DNA of 27,026 bases from a virus (taxonomy: Duplodnaviria; Caudoviricetes): the IMG/VR virus record IMGVR_UViG_3300026187_000081, positions 1 through 27,026 of that record; one strand, 5' to 3'. The notes below the pieces were generated by a model. It did no database searches. It saw only the letters and a program-made list of their open reading frames with translations, and was not told the origin of the DNA. Shown one piece after another: positions 14,332-24,141 of the stretch. Each line of letters starts with the position of its first letter. The first letter of the stretch is position 1. Position numbers and translations under genes: made by a program.

Positions 14332-16768
14332 CTTTCATTATCTCCTTTTGAATTTCAACTTGGTTTTTTTCACGCTCCATCTGCAGTTCAAGTTCCAACT
14401 TGGCTACTTTTGCTTGTAAGTCTGCTTGTAGCTTGGCTTGCTCTATCTGCAAATCTTGTTTCGCTTCTGCTTCATTAATTGCTAGTTTTTGTTGTGCTTT
14501 AGCTTGGTCAGCTTGTATTTGCACCTCAGTCCTTGCTTTTAGGGCTTCAGCTTCTAATTTCGCTAATTCTTGTGCGTATTGTAATGGGTTTTGTTGTTGT
14601 TGTTGTTGTTGCTCCATCATTTTAGCTAGAGGTGCAATCGCTTGCATTTGAGGTGCTTTAGCCACAACCTCTGCTGCTCTTTCGCTTATTATCCTATCCA
14701 TATCTGAATTAATATCTTCGAACTTAAATTTAGGGTCACGAAGCTCTGGCAATGTTGGTAATGATACGCCAATACTTGCTTGCATTCTTTGTCTATATAA
14801 CAACGCTATATGTTCAGCAATATGAGCTATCATAATTGGTTGCATAGCCGCAGCACCTGGGTTTCCAGCTAACATTGGGTCTTGTAAAAACTGAAGGTGA
14901 ACTGCAATGTGTGCGTCATGATCTTGGTCTGGAAAGGCTCTTATAGCTTTACCATACATGAGTGCAGTATTTTCTGTTATAGGATCAATTCGTGCTGCAT
15001 CATCTGGCTTCTTCAGTATTTCGTCTATGTTGTTTATACGAATAGCCTCTAGCATTCTTTTGTTAGCTTCATACTGATCGTAAAGTTGTGGGCTTGCAGT
15101 TGACATCTGAAGAACTGCTTGGGCTTGTGCAATTCTCTGTGCAGAACTAAATATATTAGGGTCACTGACTGGTATTACATCTATTCTTTCGTCAAAGTCT
15201 TTAGCAAATATAGTTTCGCTTATACCACCCATAGCAAAGGTAAAGCTCTCTGGCAGATATTCTGCGTTAAGCTTCGCCAACATTTTGAACTCTTGCCCTT
15301 GTGAATAATGCAATCTTTTATGTATAGCACTAAAGGCTTTACTACCTTGCTCAATCAGTGCAACTGTTGAACCAACGGGAGCGTTTGGATTAACATCGCC
15401 TACATTCAAGTCTGCAGTACTAGCAAACCTTCTTCCTGCATCTGCGATAGCGTTCATAAGATTGAACAAGGTACTTGATGGCTCTTTGAATGGTAGTGGC
15501 ATAATAGCTTTGTTTACATCATCTACTGTAGCATCTAGGTCTGCAAACTCACCAGGGTTTATCTGCATTTCTCCACCAGTCACTCTACCTTTGAGCTTAA
15601 ATCCACCTTGCATGTTAGCGAAGGCTGCTGAATCTAATAATGCTCTAAGTGAACCAGTAGCTGCTTTGCCCAAGCCACCTATCATATGATACAAACCAAA
15701 ACCATAGAAACCAGTTCCAGGCAAGAACTTATAACTTACAAACCAATCTCTTCTTTTTTGTGTTGGGTCTTCTTCTCTCCAATTACGCCTTACGCTAACT
15801 ATCTTTTCTGCATCGTAATCAATTGTAATTACATAAGGAAGAGCAACCATGTTATCATCGTCTTCTTCTTCAGCAACATCTATACCATCAAATGTTTGAT
15901 AAGCATGTACCTCTAGAAGTGTCATGACTTCGTCTTCGCTATCTCCATAAGGGTCAACGCCCTCTATCTCACTACCTACGTCACCACTTGGGTCTATGTC
16001 TTCCCCACTATACTTACTTGGTAGATAGAACCCAGCCTTAACATATTTGTTAAAGTCATTCTTAGGCATACGAATAACGTGTGTATATCTGCTTGATGTG
16101 TAAAGGTCTTTGCTCTCTGGAGAAACTACAAAGTCTTCTGCCTTTACGAATTGTGAGCATTGCCTATCTAAATTAGCATCCCACCAAACTTTCTTAAATG
16201 TGTGTCCAATTAATGGTAACTGAAATAGCATTTGGTCTAAATCAGGGAAGTACTCTGGCATGTCTTGAGTAATCTGATAGTTCATAAAGTCTTTAACTCT
16301 ACGAGCTTGCTCTTCCATCTCTTCGCTTGGGTCACCAACTATTATTGTTTTAACTGGCCCGCCACTTGGGTATAATTCTGCTATTGCCCTTGCATTAAAT
16401 TGTGTAGCTGCTTCTGCTATCATAGGATGAACTACGTTGCTTAACCCTCTTGTAGCCCTTTGGTCTTCCTCTTCTTCTTGACCACCATGCACATCAAGTG
16501 TTTCTAAGCCTTGCTTATATCTGTCTTCCCATTGTGATCTTGCTTCTTTATCTGCTTCGTAACTTGTAATTAGTTGGCTTGCGACTGAATTTAATTCTTT
16601 TGCATCAATTGTTTCTGCAAGGTTTTGGTCAAAGGATGTATCTTCCTCTTCCAAAATATCTAAAGATGGGTCGCCTACTAATACCTCATCATTACCAATA
16701 TCTTCTATCTGAAACTCGTCTGAAGGCATACCTTCTGCAAAGGGAATTACTTTAGGTTCTCTAGCCAT
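14303..16768 (-). CDS. Portal protein (podovirus type with long C-terminal coiled coil)
   Basis: 821 aa directly after TerL. HPMIAEAATQF.A....EL.P..GPVK, FYGFGL.H.IGG and Q/A/E-rich helical tail. Confidence 0.9.
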   Translation of the reverse strand: MAREPKVIPFAEGMPSDEFQIEDIGNDEVLVGDPSLDILEEEDTSFDQNLAETIDAKELNSVASQLITSYEADKEARSQWEDRYKQGLETLDVHGGQEEEEDQRATRGLSNVVHPMIAEAATQFNARAIAELYPSGGPVKTIIVGDPSEEMEEQARRVKDFMNYQITQDMPEYFPDLDQMLFQLPLIGHTFKKVWWDANLDRQCSQFVKAEDFVVSPESKDLYTSSRYTHVIRMPKNDFNKYVKAGFYLPSKYSGEDIDPSGDVGSEIEGVDPYGDSEDEVMTLLEVHAYQTFDGIDVAEEEDDDNMVALPYVITIDYDAEKIVSVRRNWREEDPTQKRRDWFVSYKFLPGTGFYGFGLYHMIGGLGKAATGSLRALLDSAAFANMQGGFKLKGRVTGGEMQINPGEFADLDATVDDVNKAIMPLPFKEPSSTLFNLMNAIADAGRRFASTADLNVGDVNPNAPVGSTVALIEQGSKAFSAIHKRLHYSQGQEFKMLAKLNAEYLPESFTFAMGGISETIFAKDFDERIDVIPVSDPNIFSSAQRIAQAQAVLQMSTASPQLYDQYEANKRMLEAIRINNIDEILKKPDDAARIDPITENTALMYGKAIRAFPDQDHDAHIAVHLQFLQDPMLAGNPGAAAMQPIMIAHIAEHIALLYRQRMQASIGVSLPTLPELRDPKFKFEDINSDMDRIISERAAEVVAKAPQMQAIAPLAKMMEQQQQQQQNPLQYAQELAKLEAEALKARTEVQIQADQAKAQQKLAINEAEAKQDLQIEQAKLQADLQAKVAKLELELQMEREKNQVEIQKEIMKDANSNNPIR

Positions 16769-18263
16769 ATATTGTCATCCTTCTCTCCTGAACTTCATCT
16801 TCTTCATCATAATCTGTAGAATGAGTGATGAACCAACCTTTTCTTAATCTTAGCCAAGCCTGTGTACAAGTGTCAACTATATCATCATTATCACCCGCAG
16901 GGAAGGCTGAACATATATCAATTAGGTTTTTAGCCCATTTTTTTCCTTGTGGATAGAATATTCTACCATCCTCTAACAATGCAGAACTACTGTGTGCCCT
17001 TGCAATCTTGTCTCTATCTGGTGAATAAGCTAATACTGGTATGCCACCCATCCTTAAATCTTGTAGCAAACTTTGCCCACTAGCTTTCTTTTCTATTAGC
17101 ACTGTATCTGGCTGCCAGTCATCATAGGCTTCTTGAGCAAGCTTTCTTAGCTCTGGGTAAGTTACTCTATCGTACCACATTTCTACAACTATGGCGTTTA
17201 CTTGCCCATTCTGTTTAAAGATGCCCCACGTTGTTCTTGCACTATAGCTACTTGTTTCTTTGGTACTAAACGCAGTATCGTAGCTTTGAACCAAGTACTC
17301 AATCTCTGGAAGCTCATCTTTCTCCCAGGGAACCCACCATTCTGCTTTGAGGATACCACCTCCTTTGGGCATTGGTCTTTGTTGCAATTGACCAGCACTA
17401 GCGTATGAACCCAAACTTTTTTCCAAATTATCAAGAGTTTTTTCGTCAATCCTCTTCTCCCACAACAACTCCCCTTCTGAAGTTCTTGGGTCGCTAAAGC
17501 CAAGCGATGATCTAGTTGGCGTTGGGTGACCAATTTCGTATCTTGCAGGTAAACATAAATGATCCCAATCATTGTACTCATTCGCTAATATGTGTCCAGT
17601 AAGGTCATTTTCATGAACCCTCTGCATAATTATTATAAATGCTCCAGTTTTGGGGTCATTCAGTCTAGTTTGCATAGCCTGATCCCACCACTCTAGAACG
17701 CCTTCTCTAACTGTTGATGATTCAGCCTCTCTTACGTTATGAGGATCATCAATAACAATTATATCACCACCTTCACCAGTTAGTGCTCCATCTACTGAGG
17801 TTGCAATCCTTTGACCAGTTTTATCATTCTCAAATCTTTGCTTTTGATTTTGGTCTGTAGTAAGAGAGAATGTATCACCAAAATGGCTTTTGTACCAAGG
17901 GCTTTCTATTAGCCTTCTACATTTAACGCTATCTCTTATAGATAATGACCCAGCATAACTAGCAAACAAAAATCTTTTTGATGGCTGTATAGTCCATGTC
18001 CAAGCTGGTAATGCTACTGCAACACTTATAGACTTCATGTGTCTTGGTGGAATATTAATTATAAGTCTTTTGATATCACCTTCTACGACTGCTTGTAGAT
18101 GTTCTGATACTGCATCTATATGCCAATTGTCGTAAAATTCTCTGCCAGGTTCAATCGCTTGCCAAGAGTTTTTTGTGAACTCCTTCAATGACCTCTTCAT
18201 TTCCTCCTTCTCTGCTAGTAGATATAGCTCTGGCAAGGACTGTTTTAAGGTTTCTAAGTTCAT
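16761..18263 (-). CDS. terL: Terminase large subunit
   Basis: INIPPRHMKS Walker A variant, IIVIDDPH Walker B, QRVHENDL, SYDTA and DDIVD nuclease acidic residues. Confidence 0.95.
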   Translation of the reverse strand: MNLETLKQSLPELYLLAEKEEMKRSLKEFTKNSWQAIEPGREFYDNWHIDAVSEHLQAVVEGDIKRLIINIPPRHMKSISVAVALPAWTWTIQPSKRFLFASYAGSLSIRDSVKCRRLIESPWYKSHFGDTFSLTTDQNQKQRFENDKTGQRIATSVDGALTGEGGDIIVIDDPHNVREAESSTVREGVLEWWDQAMQTRLNDPKTGAFIIIMQRVHENDLTGHILANEYNDWDHLCLPARYEIGHPTPTRSSLGFSDPRTSEGELLWEKRIDEKTLDNLEKSLGSYASAGQLQQRPMPKGGGILKAEWWVPWEKDELPEIEYLVQSYDTAFSTKETSSYSARTTWGIFKQNGQVNAIVVEMWYDRVTYPELRKLAQEAYDDWQPDTVLIEKKASGQSLLQDLRMGGIPVLAYSPDRDKIARAHSSSALLEDGRIFYPQGKKWAKNLIDICSAFPAGDNDDIVDTCTQAWLRLRKGWFITHSTDYDEEDEVQERRMTIYG

Positions 18264-18639
18264 CGTCTGATATCCTACTTAAATCTATAGTTTGCCTTTT
18301 TTCTATTACTGTTTCTTTCTCTATCTTATCTTGCCATCCTGCTCTGTTCTTTAGATAAAAGATCATTGCAGTATTATCTCCTTCTAGAGCTTTTTCATAA
18401 AGCCTATTAGTGATAGTTTGTATGCCTTTGCCCTTTCCTCTTTTTATAGCTTCTGCAAACTCTGTAAATTCATTCTGCTTTTCGTATAGAGTAGATAGTC
18501 CTATACCTAACGCCATAGCTATTTGTTCTTGTGTTAATCCTTGAGCTGCATAGGCTTCAGCTTTGTCACACATTTGTTTTGTAACTACAAATTTAGGTCT
18601 ACCTACCTTTTTAATCGATTTTTTGTTTTTTGTGCTCAT
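18151..18639 (-). CDS. terS: Terminase small subunit
   Basis: GRPK N-terminus, HTH (TQEQIAMALGIGLSTLY) and AMIFYLKNRAGW. Directly upstream of terL. Confidence 0.85.
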   Translation of the reverse strand: MSTKNKKSIKKVGRPKFVVTKQMCDKAEAYAAQGLTQEQIAMALGIGLSTLYEKQNEFTEFAEAIKRGKGKGIQTITNRLYEKALEGDNTAMIFYLKNRAGWQDKIEKETVIEKRQTIDLSRISDDELRNLKTVLARAISTSREGGNEEVIEGVHKKLLASD

Positions 18640-18908
18640 ATAATTTTAGCCTTGGCAATTTTATCATATTCCTCTACTGAAATTGAATTTAATATTAAGG
18701 GGGCATCATCGCCTTCCCACATATTTTCAATATTGTCTTCAAAATATTCTATAGCCTTTTCTCTGCTATAGTTTTTATCTCTCATAATTATTTCAACACA
18801 TTTTGTCCTATTGTAAACTGCTACAGTAGGTCTTTGTAATTTTTCTTGTACTACAAAACCCTCATAAGCATCATCAAAACCCTCTAGCAATATCATATAT
18901 GGTAACAT
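18636..18908 (-). CDS. Hypothetical phage protein
   Basis: 90 aa with GFDDA...AVY...KC.EI.M......E.A.EYF pattern. Confidence 0.7.
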   Translation of the reverse strand: MLPYMILLEGFDDAYEGFVVQEKLQRPTVAVYNRTKCVEIIMRDKNYSREKAIEYFEDNIENMWEGDDAPLILNSISVEEYDKIAKAKII

Positions 18909-19096
18909 TATAACCTCATTTCAAATTGTTCGTCTTCTCTCAAAATTATATCTACATTTTTTTCAAAGCCTATTTTCTCGTTAGCTCTAAGCCTTTTGTA
19001 TAGTTTTAAATCTGTATTCTTTAAGCTCATCATAGCATCTTCATATTTTTTATCTAATATTTTTTGTTCTTCTTCAGTGATATCGCTTACTAGCAT
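18908..19096 (-). CDS. Hypothetical protein
   Basis: 62 aa with AGGAG RBS and TAATG coupling. Confidence 0.7.
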   Translation of the reverse strand: MLVSDITEEEQKILDKKYEDAMMSLKNTDLKLYKRLRANEKIGFEKNVDIILREDEQFEMRL

Positions 19097-19244
19097 TTAC
19101 ATTCTCCTTTGGTAGATATACCTCTACATAACAATCACACTTAGGACATGATAGGTTTGTGACAATAGCAAATTCTTCTGTTTCTTCATCTATGTCATGG
19201 TCGCCACCCCATATCAAACTTGTTTCACACCACCAACAATTCAT
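19074..19244 (-). CDS. Small Zn-finger protein (56 aa, MNCWWCETSLIWGGDHD...VTNLSCPKC...)
   Basis: Manual translation with two CxxC pairs. Fills the gap in the ORF track. Confidence 0.75.
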   Translation of the reverse strand: MNCWWCETSLIWGGDHDIDEETEEFAIVTNLSCPKCDCYVEVYLPKENVNASKRYH

Positions 19245-19245
19245 T

Positions 19246-19434
19246 TTAATTCACCAACATTGTTTTATATTTTACGCCTAATAAATGTTCATGAAGCTTC
19301 ATAGCTAAAGTATGTATATACAAAGCTCTTTCATCGACTGTAAGAAAGTGAGTGTCTTGCTCTACTTGATCTATTATGTCATCGACCATTTCATCTACAT
19401 ACATTTCCATCTTGTTAATCGTAGTCATATTCAC
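19246..19434 (-). CDS. Hypothetical protein
   Basis: 62 aa with GAGGTG RBS. Confidence 0.6.
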   Translation of the reverse strand: MNMTTINKMEMYVDEMVDDIIDQVEQDTHFLTVDERALYIHTLAMKLHEHLLGVKYKTMLVN

Positions 19435-21175
19435 TCACCTCTTCATAAATCTTTTTCTCATTACTGAATGAAAAGAATGCTTGACCTATGTGACCATAGA
19501 TACCTTGCTCTCTAATCTTCCTAGTGATTATCTTAGTCGTATTATCCTCAAAGTCTCTATGTACTACTAAAGCAGCATCACTCATGTTTGCCCAATGTGC
19601 AGAACCACTAACTTGATATAAGTCTGGTGGAGGAACTACCCCACTATCATTCCGCTGCAGCTTGTGAGGATGAGCTACCATCCATACTACCAATTGATGG
19701 TTTCTAGCAAACTGCTGACACTTAGCAATTATATCTCTTATATGCTCATCTTCTCTTTTAGCATAATCTCTGTTAGGGCTTATCTGATTAAATGGGTCTA
19801 TGACCAATCCCTTAATACCAAACCTTTGCTTGGCTATTTTAGCCTTGCTCAATATAAACTCAATGTCTGGGATTTCTTCTGTGTTCTCAATAAACTTAAA
19901 ATGGTTATCTAAGAACTGTATTCCACTGTTAAGTTCATCTTGCGACATTCTAGCGTGCATACCAATATCAAATGGCTTTCTGCATCTCTTCTCAAGTAAA
20001 CGCCTAATGTGGTTTGGTGTAGAATGTTCTGGGCTGAATATAGCAAAGTTCCAATTCTCTCTTTCAGCTAAGTTTAATAGCAACTGATCTAGGAAGTTAC
20101 TTTTACCATGATTAGGTATGCCAGTTATCAAGTTAAATGTACTTGGCATAATCTTATATATTTTATCTAACTCTTTGAATCCAGTGCTAAAAGCTTTCTG
20201 CTCATTACCATCATAAATGTTCTGCACACTATCATGATATTCTTTAACGCCATGTAAACCTTGTACTGGAAACTCTTCAGCATACTGTATACATTCTCTT
20301 AATACTTGTTTATCATATTTAATTAAACATTCATTGGCATCTTTACATTGCCAATTATCTTCACGAGGGAAATTGACAACCTTACAAATGTCTTTACCAA
20401 ATCTATGAATTATCTCCAACCTCAACGCCTTGCCATTTTCATCAGCATCTGTGGCTACGATTACTTCGTCAGCATCAAAAATCCATTTAGAATGTTCAAA
20501 CGCCATAAACCTTTTATCATCAGATTTAAACTTCGCTGCTTGAGGTGCTCCATCTGGTAGACTTACAACATTTCTAAACCCAGCTTCATATAAGGCTAGT
20601 ACATCCATCTCACCTTCTACAAAAACAACAGACTTGAGCCCAGTTTCTTCCCAATGTGTTCTCAACATATCTATGTTATACAAACACTTAGTGGCGTTTT
20701 TCTCTTGTAGAAATTTCTTATCTTTTGTTCTGCTTTTTATATTTACAATATCTCCCTCAAGATAATATGGGAAACATAGCTTATGGTCTTTTGTAAACAG
20801 CTTAAAATCTTCTGCAGTCTTTCTTGTTATCTTCCTATTCTCTAACCATATCATTGAGCCTTCAGATAGATCATGATTTGCATTTGACAAAATTGGTATT
20901 GGTGGAGCTACTTCTTTTGGCTCTTCTCTCACAACTCTTGGCTCTCTATATGGTATGTGAGTATTTTCTTTAACTCCTCCAGTCCAATCACAATGATGAC
21001 ACATCCACAATATTGATTCGTATGTTACAGTAACTGACAAACAAGGGTCATGCTTCTTTCTTCTACCTGGTGAGCATTCTGGACATCTAGTTCTGTAGTC
21101 GCCTACCCCATAGCTATTTAAATGTATTCCTTGCTCAATTGCTTTTTCTGCTAGTGATTTTTCGTTCTTCATCAT
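19415..21175 (-). CDS. Bifunctional DNA primase-helicase (T7 gp4/Twinkle type)
   Basis: Zn finger CPEC/CHHC, TOPRIM VEGEMD and DAD, Walker A GIPNHGKS, LVIDP Walker B and SGSA motif. Confidence 0.93.
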   Translation of the reverse strand: MMKNEKSLAEKAIEQGIHLNSYGVGDYRTRCPECSPGRRKKHDPCLSVTVTYESILWMCHHCDWTGGVKENTHIPYREPRVVREEPKEVAPPIPILSNANHDLSEGSMIWLENRKITRKTAEDFKLFTKDHKLCFPYYLEGDIVNIKSRTKDKKFLQEKNATKCLYNIDMLRTHWEETGLKSVVFVEGEMDVLALYEAGFRNVVSLPDGAPQAAKFKSDDKRFMAFEHSKWIFDADEVIVATDADENGKALRLEIIHRFGKDICKVVNFPREDNWQCKDANECLIKYDKQVLRECIQYAEEFPVQGLHGVKEYHDSVQNIYDGNEQKAFSTGFKELDKIYKIMPSTFNLITGIPNHGKSNFLDQLLLNLAERENWNFAIFSPEHSTPNHIRRLLEKRCRKPFDIGMHARMSQDELNSGIQFLDNHFKFIENTEEIPDIEFILSKAKIAKQRFGIKGLVIDPFNQISPNRDYAKREDEHIRDIIAKCQQFARNHQLVVWMVAHPHKLQRNDSGVVPPPDLYQVSGSAHWANMSDAALVVHRDFEDNTTKIITRKIREQGIYGHIGQAFFSFSNEKKIYEEVSEYDYD

Positions 21176-21179
21176 TTGT

Positions 21180-21803
21180 TTATCCTACTAATAAGTTTAA
21201 GTTTGTTTTTCGTTGTTTAGGTTGCTCTACATCATTAAATCGCTTTTGCGATAACCAAGTCTTGGCGTGTGGGATAAATCGATCATCTTTCCCTGCCTGC
21301 GACTTAGCAAATGATCTTGTCTTATTTATTAAGTTTTCAAAAGTAATTTCTTTATTCTTCATAGTTATTTGGAACTTTTGTGAAGCTCCAAACTTATTGT
21401 CATTTGGTCTATTAGGATACTCCTTCCAAAACAATTCAAATTCCTTACTATATTCTTTTTTATTATGATAGGTTATTGGTGTCGCATTTTGCAGAGGGGG
21501 TGGGGTAGCATTTTGCGACTGGGTATCCACATTCAGTTTATATATATTACTTGTCTGTCTATGATTGTTATTTTCTGTTAGCTGAAATCTTTTTTCAACA
21601 TCAATAAAATTCATATCTTTCAAACGCTTAAGTGATCTAATAACTGTGTCAGTACTACACTCACATAACTCTGCAATCTTCTTGTGTGAAGGATAGCAAG
21701 TGTTCTCAGCATCAGTAAAGTTAGCTAATATAATAAGAACTAACTTATCTGTACTGTTACCTACCTTGACCTCTGACGCCCATTTTAACGCTGACCATGA
21801 CAT
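21180..21803 (-). CDS. Phage replication initiator (N-terminal winged HTH)
   Basis: KLVLIILAN.......CYPS...IAE.CE.S..TVIR.L..L; C-terminal FE.FW..YP and FIPH..TWL..KRF; repeated QNATP linker. Confidence 0.85.
   Translation of the reverse strand: MSWSALKWASEVKVGNSTDKLVLIILANFTDAENTCYPSHKKIAELCECSTDTVIRSLKRLKDMNFIDVEKRFQLTENNNHRQTSNIYKLNVDTQSQNATPPPLQNATPITYHNKKEYSKEFELFWKEYPNRPNDNKFGASQKFQITMKNKEITFENLINKTRSFAKSQAGKDDRFIPHAKTWLSQKRFNDVEQPKQRKTNLNLLVG
21481..21519. repeat. Candidate replication-origin iterons within the initiator gene
   Basis: GCATTTTGC at 21484-21492 and 21508-21516, framed by inverted GTCGCA/TGCGAC, next to an AT-rich tract. Confidence 0.55.
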
Positions 21804-21812
21804 ATAAGTTCT

Positions 21813-22145
21813 CTACCTCAAAACTTCTGTTATCAATATTGGTGGATTATATGTAGCTAGAATTTTCTTTCTAAGCATATAATCCCTTGTCTTAGTGGCT
21901 TTAGACTTTACATCTTCCACAACCACTTCACCATCTTTTTTATAGCGAAAGTCTGCAGTGTATCTTCCAATCTTTACGCCATTACACATCAAATCAAACT
22001 TTGGATGTATTTCCAAATCTGATATCTCTTTGGCTCTAAGAAGGTATTCTAATTCTACAAACCTCTTAAGCTCACGCTTGCTATCAAAGACCTCACCTTT
22101 ATAGGTTTGCTTGATGGCGTTGTATTTGTTTCTCGTAAAAGTCAT
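21813..22145 (-). CDS. DUF1064-like PD-(D/E)xK endonuclease
   Basis: NKYNA......FDSK.E..R...L...YTADF.Y......VVEDVK. Start moved to ATG 22145, which has a GAGG RBS. Confidence 0.85.
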   Translation of the reverse strand: MTFTRNKYNAIKQTYKGEVFDSKRELKRFVELEYLLRAKEISDLEIHPKFDLMCNGVKIGRYTADFRYKKDGEVVVEDVKSKATKTRDYMLRKKILATYNPPILITEVLR

Positions 22146-22314
22146 GACCAGTAACCTCATTATTGGTAAAGTCGAATATAAGTTTAGCTTTATTAAAACG
22201 TGGTAGAGTTTCGCCCCTACTCCACTTTTCAATATTCCTAAACGACACTCCTATTTCTTCACCAAAGGTTCTGTAGTTGTAGCCATTCCTTCTAATCCAT
22301 TCTCCTAATTGCAT
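22099..22314 (-). CDS. Cro-like XRE HTH regulator
   Basis: 71 aa, FGEEIGVS...IEKW.RGETLP and VT.HDF. First gene of the leftward operon, with GGAG RBS. Confidence 0.8.
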   Translation of the reverse strand: MQLGEWIRRNGYNYRTFGEEIGVSFRNIEKWSRGETLPRFNKAKLIFDFTNNEVTGHDFYEKQIQRHQANL

Positions 22315-22389
22315 TAGACTTTCTCCATAAAAAAATTACATTAATACAAAAATAATTTTAAGTAAACTAAAAAAAACTCTTTAAAGGGT

Positions 22390-22447
22390 TTGACAAACCT
22401 TTTTAATGGGAGTACAACAGTTTTAATAACGAACAACCAATAAGGAG
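22390..22447 (+). promoter_or_regulatory. Early promoter P3 with conserved leader
   Basis: TTGACA (22390), 17 bp, TACAAC (22413). Leader AACGAACAACCAATAAGGAG at 22428-22447. Confidence 0.75.
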
Positions 22448-22453
22448 AAACAA

Positions 22454-22645
22454 ATGTCTAAAGGTTACTTAGGTACATATGGAGCAAGAAAGTGCAAAAT
22501 ATGTAAAGGCAATATCGAAATTATAAATGGATATAGAGATGGTCACAATGCTCAGCCTGTGGCTAAAGGTAGATGTTGTGGGGATTGCAACTCAACTGTG
22601 GTTATAAAAGCTAGGTTTGAAAAAATACTTGAGAAGTTAGCGTAA
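22454..22645 (+). CDS. Small Cys-rich (Zn-binding) protein
   Basis: CKIC...GHNAQPV..GRCCGDCN. Strong RBS. Confidence 0.75.
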   Translation: MSKGYLGTYGARKCKICKGNIEIINGYRDGHNAQPVAKGRCCGDCNSTVVIKARFEKILEKLA

Positions 22646-23406
22646 TGAAAAGTAACAATCCCTTCGAGGCTCATAACATAGATCATCTGTCACCTAGCAA
22701 GATTAACTTGTGGGTGGCAGACCCAGCCCTTTTTGTAGGCACATATCTATGTGGTATGAAAGGTTCTTTTGGTGTAGGTGCATTCAGAGGCACAGCAGTT
22801 GAGCACGCTTTGGAAAAGAAGCTTAACAAAAATGATTATCCTCAAAAAGCTATGGATGAGTTTTTATATGGCAAATTTGATGCAGAGTGTATTGAGCATA
22901 ATATTTCTATAGATGACGACAAAACACAGAAAGAGCGTAGTGCTTTAGAACTCTATTACAACGTAGCATCAGAAGCATACGAGGACTTTGGTACGCCTAC
23001 TCACTATCAACAGAAGGTCTACTTTCAACACGAAGACTTACCTATACCATTTCTAGGTTATATAGATTTTATCTATGAAAATAGCATTAGAGATTTAAAG
23101 ACAGTTGGAGCTAGACCATCAAAGTTTACTGAGGCACACCAAAGACAGTTAGCAGTATATTCTCATGCTTACCCTGATAAGGAAATGTGGTGTGACTATG
23201 TGACTAAAAAGGAAGCTATATCTTTTAAATTACAAAACCCAAAAGAAAAATTTCAAGAGGTAATAAAGATTTGCTTTGGCTTACAAAAATTCTTAAGTAT
23301 TAGTAATGATGCTTTTGAACTAGCGTCTATGCTACATCCCAATTATGACGATTGGAGATGGAGTGAAGATATGAAACAACAATCAACCAAAATTTGGAGT
23401 AACTAA
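22645..23406 (+). CDS. PD-(D/E)xK exonuclease (RecB/phage exonuclease-like)
   Basis: HLSPS, RGTAVE, GYIDF, DLKT and QLAVY motifs. Adjacent to ERF. Confidence 0.85.
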   Translation: MKSNNPFEAHNIDHLSPSKINLWVADPALFVGTYLCGMKGSFGVGAFRGTAVEHALEKKLNKNDYPQKAMDEFLYGKFDAECIEHNISIDDDKTQKERSALELYYNVASEAYEDFGTPTHYQQKVYFQHEDLPIPFLGYIDFIYENSIRDLKTVGARPSKFTEAHQRQLAVYSHAYPDKEMWCDYVTKKEAISFKLQNPKEKFQEVIKICFGLQKFLSISNDAFELASMLHPNYDDWRWSEDMKQQSTKIWSN

Positions 23407-23408
23407 CA

Positions 23409-24140
23409 ATGAACTACCAATCTGAAAAAACTAATCTTGTTTTGCAAGCTATAGAAGATGCAAGGCAAGAGTTTTCTCCTTTAGAGAAAAGTGGTGTTAA
23501 TGCTTTTTTTAAAAACAAAAAAGGTGATCCTCACATGTATAGCACATTAGATAATATATTTGATGCATGTATGCCAGCTTTACATGCTCATAAATTGTCT
23601 TTGATGTATCAAGTGCGATTGATGGAAGTAAATGACGCCTTAGAAAATGTACTTACAACTACAATAACACATTTGCCATCTAATCAATATGTGTCCTCTT
23701 GCAGTACGCTTGGTTCTCATCTTTCTAAAAGCCAAGATGTAGGTTCTGCAATAACTTACTTTAGAAGATATCAGATACAAGCTATGTTGAATTTAGAAGC
23801 AGACTTTGAGGATGATGGTAATTTAGCATCGGGTAACAAAGGTGGCGAATCAAACATAATCGATAAAACAGAAAACAATACAATGCCAAAGCGTAAGTAT
23901 GTTTTATTTAATAAAGATGGAAATATTGCTTCATCTGTATCTGCATTTGGAACTTATCTAGGTGAATTAAATAAAGCTATAAGCATGATAAAGAGCAATC
24001 ATTCTTGTTGTTCTGCGACTATAATTCAGTTGCAAGATATTAAATTGTGGGCTGAAGAGCTTGGCGAACAACATAAGAAGAACGCCACAACTATGATAAA
24101 GAAATGTGAACAATATATTAAACTTTTCAAAGGAGAATAA
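23409..24140 (+). CDS. ERF-family single-strand annealing protein
   Basis: K...N.FF.....Y.TL..I and Q.VGSAITY.RRY......L....EDDG signature. Confidence 0.9.
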   Translation: MNYQSEKTNLVLQAIEDARQEFSPLEKSGVNAFFKNKKGDPHMYSTLDNIFDACMPALHAHKLSLMYQVRLMEVNDALENVLTTTITHLPSNQYVSSCSTLGSHLSKSQDVGSAITYFRRYQIQAMLNLEADFEDDGNLASGNKGGESNIIDKTENNTMPKRKYVLFNKDGNIASSVSAFGTYLGELNKAISMIKSNHSCCSATIIQLQDIKLWAEELGEQHKKNATTMIKKCEQYIKLFKGE

Positions 24141-24141
24141 A

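Noticed and set aside
14590-14612. (TTG)n trinucleotide run
   Set aside because: It encodes a poly-Gln linker in the portal tail. In-frame low complexity, not a phase-variation tract.
17198-17581. 127-aa alternative-frame ORF inside terL
   Set aside because: No RBS or motif. Most likely a by-product of terL codon usage.
18151-18263. 113-nt terS/terL overlap as a programmed frameshift
   Set aside because: Overlap of terminase genes is common and no convincing slippery site with a downstream structure was seen. TerL may also start at a later Met.
176-21468. Plus-strand ORF-track entries antisense to the long minus-strand genes (e.g. 563..892, 5192..5485, 6255..6578, 11426..11929, 14400..14651, 21139..21468)
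   Set aside because: Shadow frames of well-supported genes, with F/S/L/C-rich composition, no RBS and no recognisable motifs.
22645-23406. Possible Cas4/CRISPR association of the nuclease
   Set aside because: No four-Cys Fe-S motif, no cas genes and no repeat-spacer array. The ERF context indicates recombination.
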